Part shown: piece after piece, positions 8,689-18,440 of the stretch
Numbering within the stretch: the stretch's first letter is position 1
Layout of the letters: every line of letters begins with the position of its first letter
NCBI GenBank assembly: GCA_038046805.1
Contig: JBBSVO010000011.1
Location: forward strand, 1-59,463
Direction: 5' to 3'
Length of the DNA stretch: 59,463 bases
Source of the DNA: Candidatus Micrarchaeota archaeon
Lineage (GTDB): Archaea > Micrarchaeota > Micrarchaeia > Anstonellales > Bilamarchaeaceae
Position numbers and translations under genes: made by a program
Notes under the pieces: model-generated
The model's database searches: none
What the model was told of the DNA's origin: nothing
Seen by the model: the letters and a program-made list of their open reading frames with translations, nothing else

Positions 8689-9807
8689 TTGGAGGTGATG
8701 AAAACGAAATTGAAATTTGAGAAAGCCCGGAAGATCTATCAAAAATTCCGTCACATTCCAGACCCATTACTCTCAAGGCTCGGAGCAGGAGCATTTACCG
8801 TTGCCAGGGTTGCACCACTTAAGGCACTTGCATTTGACGTTCCATGCATAACGGAAACCACGAAAATGTTTGAAAAAAAGCATCCTGCAGTTTCGAAGAT
8901 CGCGGAGCTTGGCACGTACTATACAGTCGGATTTACGTTTGTTGAATATGCCAACGAATTCGCAAGATACTTGGATGCGCAAAAAATCTCTCATCCATAC
9001 GAAAATGCATACACTGCGGTTTTTTCAGTTCCCATCGTGTTTAATGTCGCCCAAGCGATTTCAAAATCATTAAAGGGAACTGCAGGAAAGCTTTCAAAGA
9101 TTCCACGCAGGATTACTACTGCTGCCAGGAAAATATCGGAGAAACGAGGTTTCGTTGCATATTCTCTGATTGATTCTGTGTTTGATATCCCTATTACTTG
9201 GAGTTTCATCTGGTTGATAAACAAGGTAGCTGGAGATTCAGTAGAACAGATCAGTGGATTGCATGCAATGACTGCATTAGGAGTAGCTACAGCCTTTGCT
9301 ATTGTTGTTAGCTACGGGGGTCTTATTCTTGCCCAGACGCCTTTGGCAAGAAAAGATATTCCAAAAGGACATTTCACAGACTTCGTTCAGGGATTCAAAG
9401 AGACATTTTGCTCTTTTCATTTATGGAGAAATGTTAAATCTCTTCTCGCAGACATGGGAATCATTAAAACTGAATACAAAGAAAAACGGTTTGAGGTGCC
9501 TGTACCACTCACTTCAATGCAGCATGCAGGCCAGCTTGTCGCGCTTTTGGAATCTTATTTCATCTATGTTCAGGCAATACGTTTAGTCACTGGTCTTGCA
9601 ATCGGAGAATTTACTAACACACCACAAAAAGATTTTGTTGAAAGATACTACAGCATATACGCAGCCTGCGGTATTTCTACGGCAATGAATATTATAAGTT
9701 CATTTAACTCGGCGCATATTCGCCAGGTTTTAGATGATCGGAGTATTTATGAACAAACTGAGTCAACGTTTGATACTACGCACTCTTCGCCTTCTGGAAC
9801 AGCCTGA
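8689..9807 (+). CDS. Hypothetical multi-pass membrane protein
   Basis: 372 aa ORF, several hydrophobic segments, GGAGGTG RBS. Confidence 0.65.
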   Translation: MEVMKTKLKFEKARKIYQKFRHIPDPLLSRLGAGAFTVARVAPLKALAFDVPCITETTKMFEKKHPAVSKIAELGTYYTVGFTFVEYANEFARYLDAQKISHPYENAYTAVFSVPIVFNVAQAISKSLKGTAGKLSKIPRRITTAARKISEKRGFVAYSLIDSVFDIPITWSFIWLINKVAGDSVEQISGLHAMTALGVATAFAIVVSYGGLILAQTPLARKDIPKGHFTDFVQGFKETFCSFHLWRNVKSLLADMGIIKTEYKEKRFEVPVPLTSMQHAGQLVALLESYFIYVQAIRLVTGLAIGEFTNTPQKDFVERYYSIYAACGISTAMNIISSFNSAHIRQVLDDRSIYEQTESTFDTTHSSPSGTA

Positions 9808-10225
9808 TCATTTTGCTTTTGATTGTTACCGGAATAGGCACCGCAACCTCGACAAGTTCAACTGTCAGCTCGTCCTTGGCCTCATCTATCTTTGTGACCT
9901 TTGCCCTTTCACCTTTGAACGGACCGGACGTCATTTCAACCATGTCGCCAACTTCTACGGTAACCAATGGCTGTTTTGTTGCCTTTATCAGACTGCTTAT
10001 CTCATCAAGCGTTATCGGTCTTTTAAGAATTCCTTTCACATGCTTAACTCTCTGAATCAGTTTTACTGCGACGTTCTCATCCGGTGCCTCAACGAATAGG
10101 TACCCCTTTACAGTTTCTATGTGAACAATTGAATAAATATTCAGCTTTTCTGCCCGTGCCTTTTTCGTAAGCATTTCAGCAATAATTCTTTCCTGTCCGG
10201 TTGTTATTCTGAGCGTGTATATCAT
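9776..10225 (-). CDS. spt5: Transcription elongation factor Spt5
   Basis: TTGQE, KGYLFVE, KOW motif GDMVEMTSGPFKG; ftsZ-secE-spt5 order. Confidence 0.95.
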   Translation of the reverse strand: MIYTLRITTGQERIIAEMLTKKARAEKLNIYSIVHIETVKGYLFVEAPDENVAVKLIQRVKHVKGILKRPITLDEISSLIKATKQPLVTVEVGDMVEMTSGPFKGERAKVTKIDEAKDELTVELVEVAVPIPVTIKSKMIRLFQKAKSA

Positions 10226-10263
10226 TTCAATCACATTTTATATTTTCATTTCTTTTAATTATT

Positions 10264-10431
10264 TTAGCCGCCTATCATGCCAAATAGGAACGAGATAATT
10301 ATCCCAATTAATCCGATGAGCACCATACCAAGTGCAGTAACCTTTGCCACTTTATTGAATTCTTCACCAGTAGGCTTTCTTGAAATATAAAATATCCTTA
10401 TACATCTTCTAAACAAATCTCCAAGATCCAT
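10264..10431 (-). CDS. secE: Protein translocase SecE/Sec61-gamma (55 aa, not in ORF track)
   Basis: MDLGDLFRRCIRIFYISRKPTGEEFNKVAKVTALGMVLIGLIGIII; synteny. Confidence 0.92.
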   Translation of the reverse strand: MDLGDLFRRCIRIFYISRKPTGEEFNKVAKVTALGMVLIGLIGIIISFLFGMIGG

Positions 10432-10449
10432 TTTTTCACCTTGATATTA

Positions 10450-11568
10450 TTACCCAATGAGGTCCAAATCCAGATTCTCAATGGAATCCCCGCTCGGAGT
10501 TCTATATTCGAATTTCGGGAATTTCACTCCCGCAAGCACAATCAACACACGCATAGATGATTTCTTGATGTTTTCCTCAATGCGCGAACCCCAGATGATG
10601 TGTGCCTCGCTGTTTATTCTTTTTGCTGTTTCCGACACCACGAGTTCTGCCTCTTTAAGTGTCATATCATCTCCGCCTATTACATTTATAAGTGCTCTTG
10701 TAGACGTGCTGATATCTGCATCAAGCATCGGTGAATTAAGGGCTGTTTCGACTGCAACGCGGGCACGGTCCTCGTGTTTTGCATCAAGTGATGCCTCACC
10801 AAGTCCGATTACTGCATAGCCTGCATCATTAAGTATAGTTCTCAAATCTGCAAAATCAACGTTTACCAGACCTGCCTTTGTAACTAGTTCTGCAATCCCC
10901 TTTACAGATCCTGCGAGGACCTCATCACACACCTTAAATGCAGTATTGAGTGGAAGATCCGGGGCAAGCGTCATCAACTTGTCATTCTTTATTACTATTA
11001 TAGTGTCTGTGTGTCTTTTCAATTTTTCCAATCCGTGTATTGCGTTTTCCATTCGAATTTTTCCCTCAGATGCAAATGGAAGTGTAACTACTGCTACGGT
11101 TAATGCGCCAGCTTGCCTGGCAGTCTCTGCTATAATCGGTGCACTTCCAGTCCCGGTTCCTCCACCAAGTCCACATGTCACGAAAACCATTGATGCATCT
11201 TTTATGAGTTCCTTTATTTCGTTTAGTGATTCCTTTGCCGCATCTTCTCCGATTTGCGGATTGCTCCCCGCACCGCGTCCCTGTGTAAGTTTTTTTCCGA
11301 TGATAATTTTTTTGTTAGCGCGAATTTTAAGAAGGTGCTTTGCATCAGTATTCAGTGCTATTAATCCGACATTACCAATACTCATTTCAAATAATCTGTC
11401 AAGCGTGTTTGTTCCGCTTCCTCCCGCGCCTATCACCATAATTTTTTGTTTTGATTCTTCGATGAATTTCATTATCTCTTCATCGTCCGCGCTTGCGGGT
11501 GATCTCATTGCAGGCTGCTGTATATTGTACTGCTGCATTGGCGCTGTAAGTTGTTGTCCATTCGTCAT
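10450..11568 (-). CDS. ftsZ: Cell division protein FtsZ
   Basis: GAGGSG, GLGGGTGTG, NVDFAD; start reassigned because the ORF-track extension overlaps a tRNA. Confidence 0.97.
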   Translation of the reverse strand: MTNGQQLTAPMQQYNIQQPAMRSPASADDEEIMKFIEESKQKIMVIGAGGSGTNTLDRLFEMSIGNVGLIALNTDAKHLLKIRANKKIIIGKKLTQGRGAGSNPQIGEDAAKESLNEIKELIKDASMVFVTCGLGGGTGTGSAPIIAETARQAGALTVAVVTLPFASEGKIRMENAIHGLEKLKRHTDTIIVIKNDKLMTLAPDLPLNTAFKVCDEVLAGSVKGIAELVTKAGLVNVDFADLRTILNDAGYAVIGLGEASLDAKHEDRARVAVETALNSPMLDADISTSTRALINVIGGDDMTLKEAELVVSETAKRINSEAHIIWGSRIEENIKKSSMRVLIVLAGVKFPKFEYRTPSGDSIENLDLDLIG

Positions 11569-11624
11569 AATAAACACCATAAAAATAGTTGTTAGCCTAT
11601 TATAACATAATATATAAAAAGCAA

Positions 11625-11854
11625 CGCCCCCATCGCGAATTCCAGTTCCCTGTTTTCCGTTGCGAGGAAACCCGCAAGGTTTTTGGGATGAAACCCTTTT
11701 GCCCTTTTGAAGCACATGCCAAAAGGGTTCTCCTTTGAACGCGAACAGCAAGCTATCCACATAGAAATTAGTTTTTTCCGTGTCGCAGGCTTGCGTCCTT
11801 TCTGTTTTCATCGCCGATATCCGGCTTAGAATATCCAGGTTAGACTATGGGGGC
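11625..11854 (-). tRNA. tRNA-Arg(GCG) with three introns (D-loop, anticodon loop, T-loop)
   Basis: Acceptor GCCCCCA/TGGGGGC+G; D-stem GTCT/GGAC; anticodon stem CAAGC/GCTTG with CT-GCG; T-stem TCGCG-TTCAAA..CGCGA. Confidence 0.85.
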
Positions 11855-11975
11855 AACAACACAATGTTTAAATAGATATGTTATTAAAAACCATCTCATT
11901 CGTTTTATTTAGTTTTGATTACGAATCGCTTTACGGATAGATATCTTAGATATCCTTCTTTCGAGGTGCAACTAT

Positions 11976-12122
11976 ATGAAAAGATGTACGAGCTGCGGCT
12001 CTCAGACAAAAGAATTTGCGGAATTCCCGTGCCCACAATGCAACGAAAAAATTGTGCGATGTTATTCATGCAGGCTTAACAAGAACGAGTTTAAATGTAC
12101 GTGCGGTTTTAACGGTCCTTAA
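11976..12122 (+). CDS. Small Zn-ribbon protein (DUF1610/HVO_2753-like; not in ORF track)
   Basis: MKRCTSCG..FPCPQC..IVRCYSCR..FKCTCGFNGP; conserved position before EF-1beta. Confidence 0.88.
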   Translation: MKRCTSCGSQTKEFAEFPCPQCNEKIVRCYSCRLNKNEFKCTCGFNGP

Positions 12123-12145
12123 ACTTGTATTTATTCAGTGATTTT

Positions 12146-12403
12146 ATGTACGACGTAATGGCAGTATTCAAGATCTTTGCAGAAGACTCAAATAATCTTG
12201 GCGTGATCCGTTCAGCAATAGAGAAACTCGAAATCGGAAAAGTACATAGCTCTTCCGAAGAAGACATTGGATTTGGAATCAAGGTTCTGAAAGTCATCTT
12301 TCTTCTGAATGATGATTCTGGAGGGATGGATGCGCTTGAAGAGAAGATTCGCGGCATATCTGGTGTAAGCCAGGTTGAAGTGGAGGATGTGAGCAGGGTT
12401 TAG
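12146..12403 (+). CDS. ef1b: Translation elongation factor EF-1beta
   Basis: EEDIGFGIKVL, VSQVEVEDVSRV. Confidence 0.9.
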   Translation: MYDVMAVFKIFAEDSNNLGVIRSAIEKLEIGKVHSSSEEDIGFGIKVLKVIFLLNDDSGGMDALEEKIRGISGVSQVEVEDVSRV

Positions 12404-12491
12404 GTAAGTTTTTAAACTGAAGTCCATACCTATAAAGGACCACAACCGCTAGTTTAGTTACCGTATAAATCTATAATATTCTGGTGAATTC

Positions 12492-13220
12492 ATGAGTACA
12501 AAAGAAAAAGACGATAAAGAAACCAAGGAAAAGAAGCCGGAAGTAAAGCAGGCTCCAAAAAAGCCAGAGCATAAGCCGGTAAAGAAGGATGTTCTTCCAC
12601 AAAATGAAAATTTCAAAGGAATTGTTCGTTTGGCCGGAAAGGATGTTCCCGGGCAAGTTCTGCTTAAACATGCCCTTTCAAGAGTCCGAGGTATAGGTCA
12701 AAATCTAGCAGTTTCCGTTGCTTCTGTAATCCACAGCAAGCTTGGGATTGATCCATCCTCACAGATTGGAGATTTTAGTGATGAACAAATTGAACAAATA
12801 GATAAAATTTTATTTAATCTCCACGAAACGAATATTCCAAAGTTTATGTTCAACAGGCAGAACGATCCTATGGACGGGACTGTTCGCCACACAATTATGA
12901 ATGATCTTCTTTTCTATGTGAAACAGGATATTGAAAACGAGAAAAAATCCTACACATGGAAAGGATACAGGCATGCTTATGGCCAGAAGGTTCGAGGTCA
13001 GAGAACAAGAAATACTGGCAGAACCGGAATGGCAGTTGGTGTTCTTAGAAAATCTATAATCGCTGCGCAGCAGCCACAAGGAGCGGCCGCAGCAACGGCT
13101 GCACCAGCAGGAGCACCTGCAAAGGCAGCAGGGGGAGCACCTGTAGCAAAGGCAGTATCTGCAGCAAAGGCAGCAACCGCAGCTACAAAAACAGTAGCAA
13201 AGCCTGCAGAGAAAAAATAA
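12492..13220 (+). CDS. rps13: 30S ribosomal protein S13
   Basis: GYRHAYGQKVRGQRTRNTGR. Confidence 0.96.
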   Translation: MSTKEKDDKETKEKKPEVKQAPKKPEHKPVKKDVLPQNENFKGIVRLAGKDVPGQVLLKHALSRVRGIGQNLAVSVASVIHSKLGIDPSSQIGDFSDEQIEQIDKILFNLHETNIPKFMFNRQNDPMDGTVRHTIMNDLLFYVKQDIENEKKSYTWKGYRHAYGQKVRGQRTRNTGRTGMAVGVLRKSIIAAQQPQGAAAATAAPAGAPAKAAGGAPVAKAVSAAKAATAATKTVAKPAEKK

Positions 13221-13265
13221 TAACTAACTTAATGGTGGAAAATACACATTTAAGGTGAAATTTTT

Positions 13266-13859
13266 ATGGGAGACCCGAGACGATTCAGAAACAAGTATGA
13301 AAGGCCAAAGAAACTTTGGGATGCACAGAGAATCGAAGAGGATGGGACGCTAAAGTCCGAATATGCCTTAAAGAACATGCGCGAGCTTTTTGTGATGAAT
13401 CAGGAATTAAAGAAATATAGGCGTGAAGCAAGACGCATGATGTCTCTAAGTGATGATGAGCGAAAGAAATGTGAAGCCAAGGTACTTGCAAAGCTCAATA
13501 AATTCGGAATTCTTGATAAGACTGCGACGCTTGATGATGTTCTTTCGCTTTCAGTTCGTGATATTCTTGAAAGACGATTGCAGACACGCGTTTATAAAAA
13601 AGGGCTTGCAAAAACCATGAAACAAAGCAGGCAGTTCATAACGCATGGAATGATAACGGTTTCCGGAAGAAAGGTATCTTCCCCAAGCTATCTTGTCGAT
13701 GCCGAAGATGATGCAACTATTGCGTATTCACGCAGTTTCAATCCCGCAGTACTTCAGACACCAGCAGCAGGAAAGCCGGAAAAAGTCGAGAAGAAAGAAC
13801 CTGTAGCTCAGGAAGCTCCTGCAAAAAATGAGGAAACAAAAACAGCGGCAAACAACTAA
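13266..13859 (+). CDS. rps4: 30S ribosomal protein S4
   Basis: MGDPRR.., LERRLQT, RQFITHG. Confidence 0.96.
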   Translation: MGDPRRFRNKYERPKKLWDAQRIEEDGTLKSEYALKNMRELFVMNQELKKYRREARRMMSLSDDERKKCEAKVLAKLNKFGILDKTATLDDVLSLSVRDILERRLQTRVYKKGLAKTMKQSRQFITHGMITVSGRKVSSPSYLVDAEDDATIAYSRSFNPAVLQTPAAGKPEKVEKKEPVAQEAPAKNEETKTAANN

Positions 13860-13872
13860 ATGGTGAATAATT

Positions 13873-14472
13873 ATGACTTCAGAAGCAAAAGAAACAAAGG
13901 AAAAGAAACCGGAAAAGGAAAAGTCTGCAAAGCATCCGGAAAAATCCGAAAAGCCAAAGGAAGAACCAGTAGTGGCTCATAAGGAAGTGCCAAAGGAAAG
14001 TGCACCGGCAGCTCCGACTGCATCTGCGCAATCCACTGCCCACGTTCCTCCGGTTCAAACTGCTCCAGTAGAGCCACCGAGAAGGGCAAAGCCAAGAATA
14101 GCAATTGTTCATGTTTATTCTTCAAAAAACGACACAATAATTACAGCGACTGATCAAAGCGGTGCGGAAACGCTTGCATGGGCAAGCGGTGGAATGATGG
14201 TAAAATCCGACCGGGAAGAAGGAAAACCCTATGCTGCGATGCAGGCCGCAATAAAGGTTGTCGGAACTCTTAAAAACAAAGGAATCAATACACTTCACAT
14301 AAGAATAAGGGCTCCGGGCGGAAGTGGCTCAAAAAGTCCTGGTGCCGGTGCCCAGGCAGTCGTAAGAACAATGGCGAGAAGCGGCGTTCGCATAGGTAGA
14401 ATTGATGATGTTACTCCTGTTCCAACTGATTCCATGAAACGAAAAGGCGGAAGAAGGGGAAGAAGGGTCTGA
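13873..14472 (+). CDS. rps11: 30S ribosomal protein S11
   Basis: [21 protein letters not shown]. Confidence 0.96.
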   Translation: MTSEAKETKEKKPEKEKSAKHPEKSEKPKEEPVVAHKEVPKESAPAAPTASAQSTAHVPPVQTAPVEPPRRAKPRIAIVHVYSSKNDTIITATDQSGAETLAWASGGMMVKSDREEGKPYAAMQAAIKVVGTLKNKGINTLHIRIRAPGGSGSKSPGAGAQAVVRTMARSGVRIGRIDDVTPVPTDSMKRKGGRRGRRV

Positions 14473-14476
14473 TACG

Positions 14477-15052
14477 ATGGCAGTAAAAGTTTCATCCGCA
14501 AAGGAAAACGAAAATCGGGTTTCATTCAAGCTTGATGGAATGTCCATCGAGTTTGCGAACATGCTGCGAAGATATTGTATATCTTCTGTTCCTGTTTTTG
14601 CTATTACAGCAGTTACTTTTTACGACAATACTTCATCGCTATTTGATGAGTATCTTGCGCACAGACTTGCATTGCTTCCTGTTTTAACCCCGTCCAAAGT
14701 TCCAAAAGAGTCCGAGGTAGTATTCACGCTTGATGAACATGGGCCGAAAGTTGTTTGTTCTGGGGATTTGAAAAGTTCTGACAAAGAGATCTCCATGGCA
14801 AAGGACAGAATTCCGGTTATAACCCTTACTGAAAAGCAGTCTTTGAGGTTTGAGGGTAAGGCGGTTCTCGGAACGGCCAAAACCCATGCGAAATTCCAAT
14901 CCGGAATTGCAAGCTACGAGGAGAAAGACGAAAAATTCGATTTCTATGTAGAGAGCTGTTTTCAAATGAGTGGAAAGGAATTGGTTCTTCGTGCATGCGA
15001 TTCAATCGAAGACGATTTGAAGGAATTGCAAAAGGCGATTAAAAAGGCGTAA
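14477..15052 (+). CDS. rpoD: RNA polymerase subunit D (Rpo3)
   Basis: FANMLRR, LFDEYLAHRLALLP, HAKF. Confidence 0.94.
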   Translation: MAVKVSSAKENENRVSFKLDGMSIEFANMLRRYCISSVPVFAITAVTFYDNTSSLFDEYLAHRLALLPVLTPSKVPKESEVVFTLDEHGPKVVCSGDLKSSDKEISMAKDRIPVITLTEKQSLRFEGKAVLGTAKTHAKFQSGIASYEEKDEKFDFYVESCFQMSGKELVLRACDSIEDDLKELQKAIKKA

Positions 15053-15219
15053 ATCCGTTTGTTTGCGAAAAACGGCTCAAATTTGTTTCATTTATTTTTT
15101 GTTCCTCACGCGTTTCCGGTCTATTTATATATCCAATTCAGAAATAATTATTCTCACGCAAGGGTTGAATTGAAACAGTTGTTTCAATGCCCCTCGCGTT
15201 CGTTCATGTTGATATTTAC

Positions 15220-15487
15220 GCAAGGGTGGCGGAGCGGCCAAACGCGCCAGCTTGAGGGAACCTTTTTGGCTTGAGAATCCTTATGGCAACGCAATTGAAC
15301 GTCGCAACGTTCAATGCGCCCATTGAAACCCTTCGGTTTCAATCGGGAAGCGTTTCATCGAAAAACCATGAGGTCCAATAAGCCACTCTGGTTGCAATAG
15401 GCTGGTGGCTTAACGCATGACATCGCCGATATATGGCGATGGAAGGCGGGCGATGTGCCTTCGAGGGTTCGAATCCCTTCCCTTGCA
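15220..15487 (+). tRNA. tRNA-Leu(GAG) with ~142-nt anticodon-loop intron and a second insertion in the variable arm
   Basis: Acceptor GCAAGGG/CCCTTGC+A; CCAGC-TTGAGG..G-GCTGG; GAGGG-TTCGAAT-CCCTT. Confidence 0.9.
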
Positions 15488-15524
15488 TTCCTGCTCAGCC
15501 TCAGTTCCTTAACTGCTTAATTTA

Positions 15525-16757
15525 TCATTTCACAAAAAAGTTGTAGTAAATAATTCCGAGTAGTACCACTGCAAAACCAACAACCCAGGAAAGTATCGGA
15601 AGGCTGAACATCAACACCAGACAAGAAACAAGCCCAAGGATGGCAACATGTTTTATACTATTTTTAAAGATTTTAATGCCGCTAAGGTTCAAGGCGGCAT
15701 AATAAAGAAGCAATGAAAAACTGCTGATATATGCAATATGTGGAAGATCTGCAAACAATGCCAGCAAAAGCATTCCGATTCCACTTAAAATAATCGAATT
15801 TTTCGGAACACCAGTTTTTTTATCTATCAAAGAAACTGGTTTTGGAAGTTCCTTGTTACTGGCCATAGTCTGTGCAAGTCTTGAAACTCCTAGAATAGAC
15901 GCAAGAATAACTGTTCCTGTGGCAATAAGTGCTCCAAAACCAACCAAACTAGCCCCAAAACTAATCCCCTCCAAATTTATGGCATCTGCAAGGGGAGAAC
16001 CTGACTCAGAAAGTAGCTGATATCCTGCTATCCCTACTGCTGCAGCTGCTACTAGCACATAAATTATTGTGGAAATTAAAATTGACAGAGTAGTTGCTTT
16101 TGGAACATTTTTGGCCGGATCCTTTATCTCATCCGCGATTACTGCAACCCTTGCGAAACCAGAATATGCAAAAAATATCGTAGCTGCGCCAGCAAGAATG
16201 CCCGTAAATCCAAACGGCAAAAATGGGTCAAAATTAGATGGTTTGAAAAAGAAGACTGCACTACCTACAAAAAATAAGAGAATGAGTATCTTAATTATTA
16301 CCAGCAGGTTGTTTATTTTACTTGTTTCTTTCATCCCTGCAAGGTGGATAAAAGTTGCAAGAATAACTGCGATTGCAGCGCCAATGTTAGTTGGCATCGA
16401 AGGTACGAAAAACTTCAGATAGTACGCAAACCCTACAGCGACCGTGGCACCAACCGTAATGTTTGAAAAAAGCCATACCCACCCAACTATGAAGCCTGCT
16501 GAATCAGACAATGTCTTTTTAGCGAATAAATAAGCACCACCGCTTGTTGGAAACCGCCTACTTAGTTCAGCACTTGTAAGCCCAGTTAATATCGCAACTA
16601 TGGCTGCAACTATTACTGAAAGAAAAACAGCCGGACCAGCTACTCCGGCTGCAGCACCAATAATAACAAAAATGCCAGCTCCAATAATTGAACCCAATGC
16701 TATATTTACGGCATCAAAGAGAGATAGTACTGGTTTAAGTTTATTTTTTGAATACAT
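15525..16757 (-). CDS. APC-family amino acid permease
   Basis: GSIIGAGIF, AELS..FPTSGGAY, FFAYSGF. Confidence 0.92.
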   Translation of the reverse strand: MYSKNKLKPVLSLFDAVNIALGSIIGAGIFVIIGAAAGVAGPAVFLSVIVAAIVAILTGLTSAELSRRFPTSGGAYLFAKKTLSDSAGFIVGWVWLFSNITVGATVAVGFAYYLKFFVPSMPTNIGAAIAVILATFIHLAGMKETSKINNLLVIIKILILLFFVGSAVFFFKPSNFDPFLPFGFTGILAGAATIFFAYSGFARVAVIADEIKDPAKNVPKATTLSILISTIIYVLVAAAAVGIAGYQLLSESGSPLADAINLEGISFGASLVGFGALIATGTVILASILGVSRLAQTMASNKELPKPVSLIDKKTGVPKNSIILSGIGMLLLALFADLPHIAYISSFSLLLYYAALNLSGIKIFKNSIKHVAILGLVSCLVLMFSLPILSWVVGFAVVLLGIIYYNFFVK

Positions 16758-16761
16758 ACAT

Positions 16762-17562
16762 TCACTTTGGTAATATATTACATATTCCTAATAATTTTTT
16801 ATGCAACTTCTTTTCTCTGGCTGCGATTATTGTGAATACTGTATTTTGGTGCAATGTTTGAGTTATTTCATTACCGTGTTTATCTGAAATCATAAGTCCT
16901 GTTTCTTTCATAAGCATAATTCCTGCCGTGTGTGTAACAAGCAGTTTTCCTCTCACATCTAAATACGCATCCACTGTTCCGCTTGCAGCCGCAGCCATTT
17001 CAAGTGTGGCAGCCCCTAACATGCGCATGTAAGCAAACTCACTTATCGCAGGGAAAACCTTGGATGACGAACTCTTGTCACGGCCAAAATCCGCTGCTAC
17101 TAACGGAGGGGTTACGATTTTTCTATCCAGTCTTATCTTTTCATTATTTTTGTACGTGCCTTTACCTTTCATAGCAAAATATTCATCACCGCTAAAAAGA
17201 TCAACAACAACTGCTGCATCTATATCTTTAATAGAAGGATTATTCTTGGCAGAACCAGCAATCGCAAATGCATAAGCTGGAAAGCCACGTTCATAGTTCT
17301 TTGAACCGTCAAGAGGATCAAGTATGATAGTGCCAAAACATTCCCCGTTCGTTTTTTCTGGTTTTTCCTCAGTAAGAAGTTGAAAATTTAGGTCTTTTAT
17401 CTCTTCTTTCACCATTTCCTCCAAAACGATGTCCATCTTGATGCTCATATCCCCAAAATAATTCCTTTCTAGTTTCTCCTTGCCATTATCAACTTCTTTG
17501 ATAAGTTTTTTGGCCCTCCTCCCGAGTTTTATGAAAAGTGCCAGTAGCTCTTTCTTGTTCAT
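16762..17562 (-). CDS. Inositol monophosphatase/FBPase family protein
   Basis: TEE, ILDPLDGS, RMLGAA. Confidence 0.9.
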   Translation of the reverse strand: MNKKELLALFIKLGRRAKKLIKEVDNGKEKLERNYFGDMSIKMDIVLEEMVKEEIKDLNFQLLTEEKPEKTNGECFGTIILDPLDGSKNYERGFPAYAFAIAGSAKNNPSIKDIDAAVVVDLFSGDEYFAMKGKGTYKNNEKIRLDRKIVTPPLVAADFGRDKSSSSKVFPAISEFAYMRMLGAATLEMAAAASGTVDAYLDVRGKLLVTHTAGIMLMKETGLMISDKHGNEITQTLHQNTVFTIIAAREKKLHKKLLGICNILPK

Positions 17563-17612
17563 TAGAATAAGACACTGGATACGAATATAAACTTAAAGGT
17601 CAAAATTCAATT

Positions 17613-18440
17613 ATGGGTTTTTTAGATTCTGTCATCCAGTCAGATGCATCCGTTCCTATCTTAATCGCAGCAGTAATAATTTTGATTATTGGTTTTGTTG
17701 TAGGAAAACTAGTTAAACAATTTGTACTCCAATTTGCAGAAGCAACAGGAGTCAGGCAAAAGGTGCGGTTCGGGATAGATAAGGAAGCCAAAAAATTCGG
17801 GTTTAATATAGATTTCGTCTACCTAGCTGCGCTTGTTTTGAAGTATGTGGTTTTTATAATTGCAGTATTTCTCGCATTGAGGGTATTAGGTGTCGAGGTT
17901 GGTATGAGTACCATCTTGATACCTCTTATATCCTATCTTCCGAATATCGTTAGTGCAATTATCATTCTTATAATCGGAAGTGCAATGATTGAGATAATTG
18001 CAGATGTACTAAAGTACAACCTTCGGGACAGGTTGGATGAAAAAGCTAAAACTGCAGGCATGGCCAATGTTTCAACTAATGTTGCAGCGTATGTAAGATA
18101 TTTTCTTTACCTTGTTGTTTTTATAACTGCATTCTTACAGTTGGGCATTAAAGTAGAAAGCCTGATGTTTCTTGTCTTGTCAATTGGAATTATCGCCCTG
18201 GGAACATTAGCTATTTTATTCATATTTTCTTTGAAGGATCACGTTCCAAGCGTTTCATACGGGATTCATCTGGCGAATAATAAGGTCATTGTAAGAGGGG
18301 ACGTATTGCAAATAGATGATCTACGCGGAGAAGTGGTAGAAATAACACTACTTGCAACTGTAATAAAAAACAAGGACGGAATCCATCATATCCCTAATTC
18401 CAAGCTCGCGCACAATATATTTTCGATAAGTAAAAGGTAA
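17613..18440 (+). CDS. Mechanosensitive channel (MscS/CmpX-like) membrane protein
   Basis: YLPNIVSAIIIL TM repeat; GEVVEITLLATVI..IPNS. Confidence 0.75.
   Translation: MGFLDSVIQSDASVPILIAAVIILIIGFVVGKLVKQFVLQFAEATGVRQKVRFGIDKEAKKFGFNIDFVYLAALVLKYVVFIIAVFLALRVLGVEVGMSTILIPLISYLPNIVSAIIILIIGSAMIEIIADVLKYNLRDRLDEKAKTAGMANVSTNVAAYVRYFLYLVVFITAFLQLGIKVESLMFLVLSIGIIALGTLAILFIFSLKDHVPSVSYGIHLANNKVIVRGDVLQIDDLRGEVVEITLLATVIKNKDGIHHIPNSKLAHNIFSISKR

Noticed and set aside
11569..11811. Long N-terminal extension of FtsZ in the ORF track
   Set aside because: Overlaps the intron-containing tRNA-Arg
15059..15274. 71-aa ORF after rpoD
   Set aside because: Runs into tRNA-Leu; no recognisable protein
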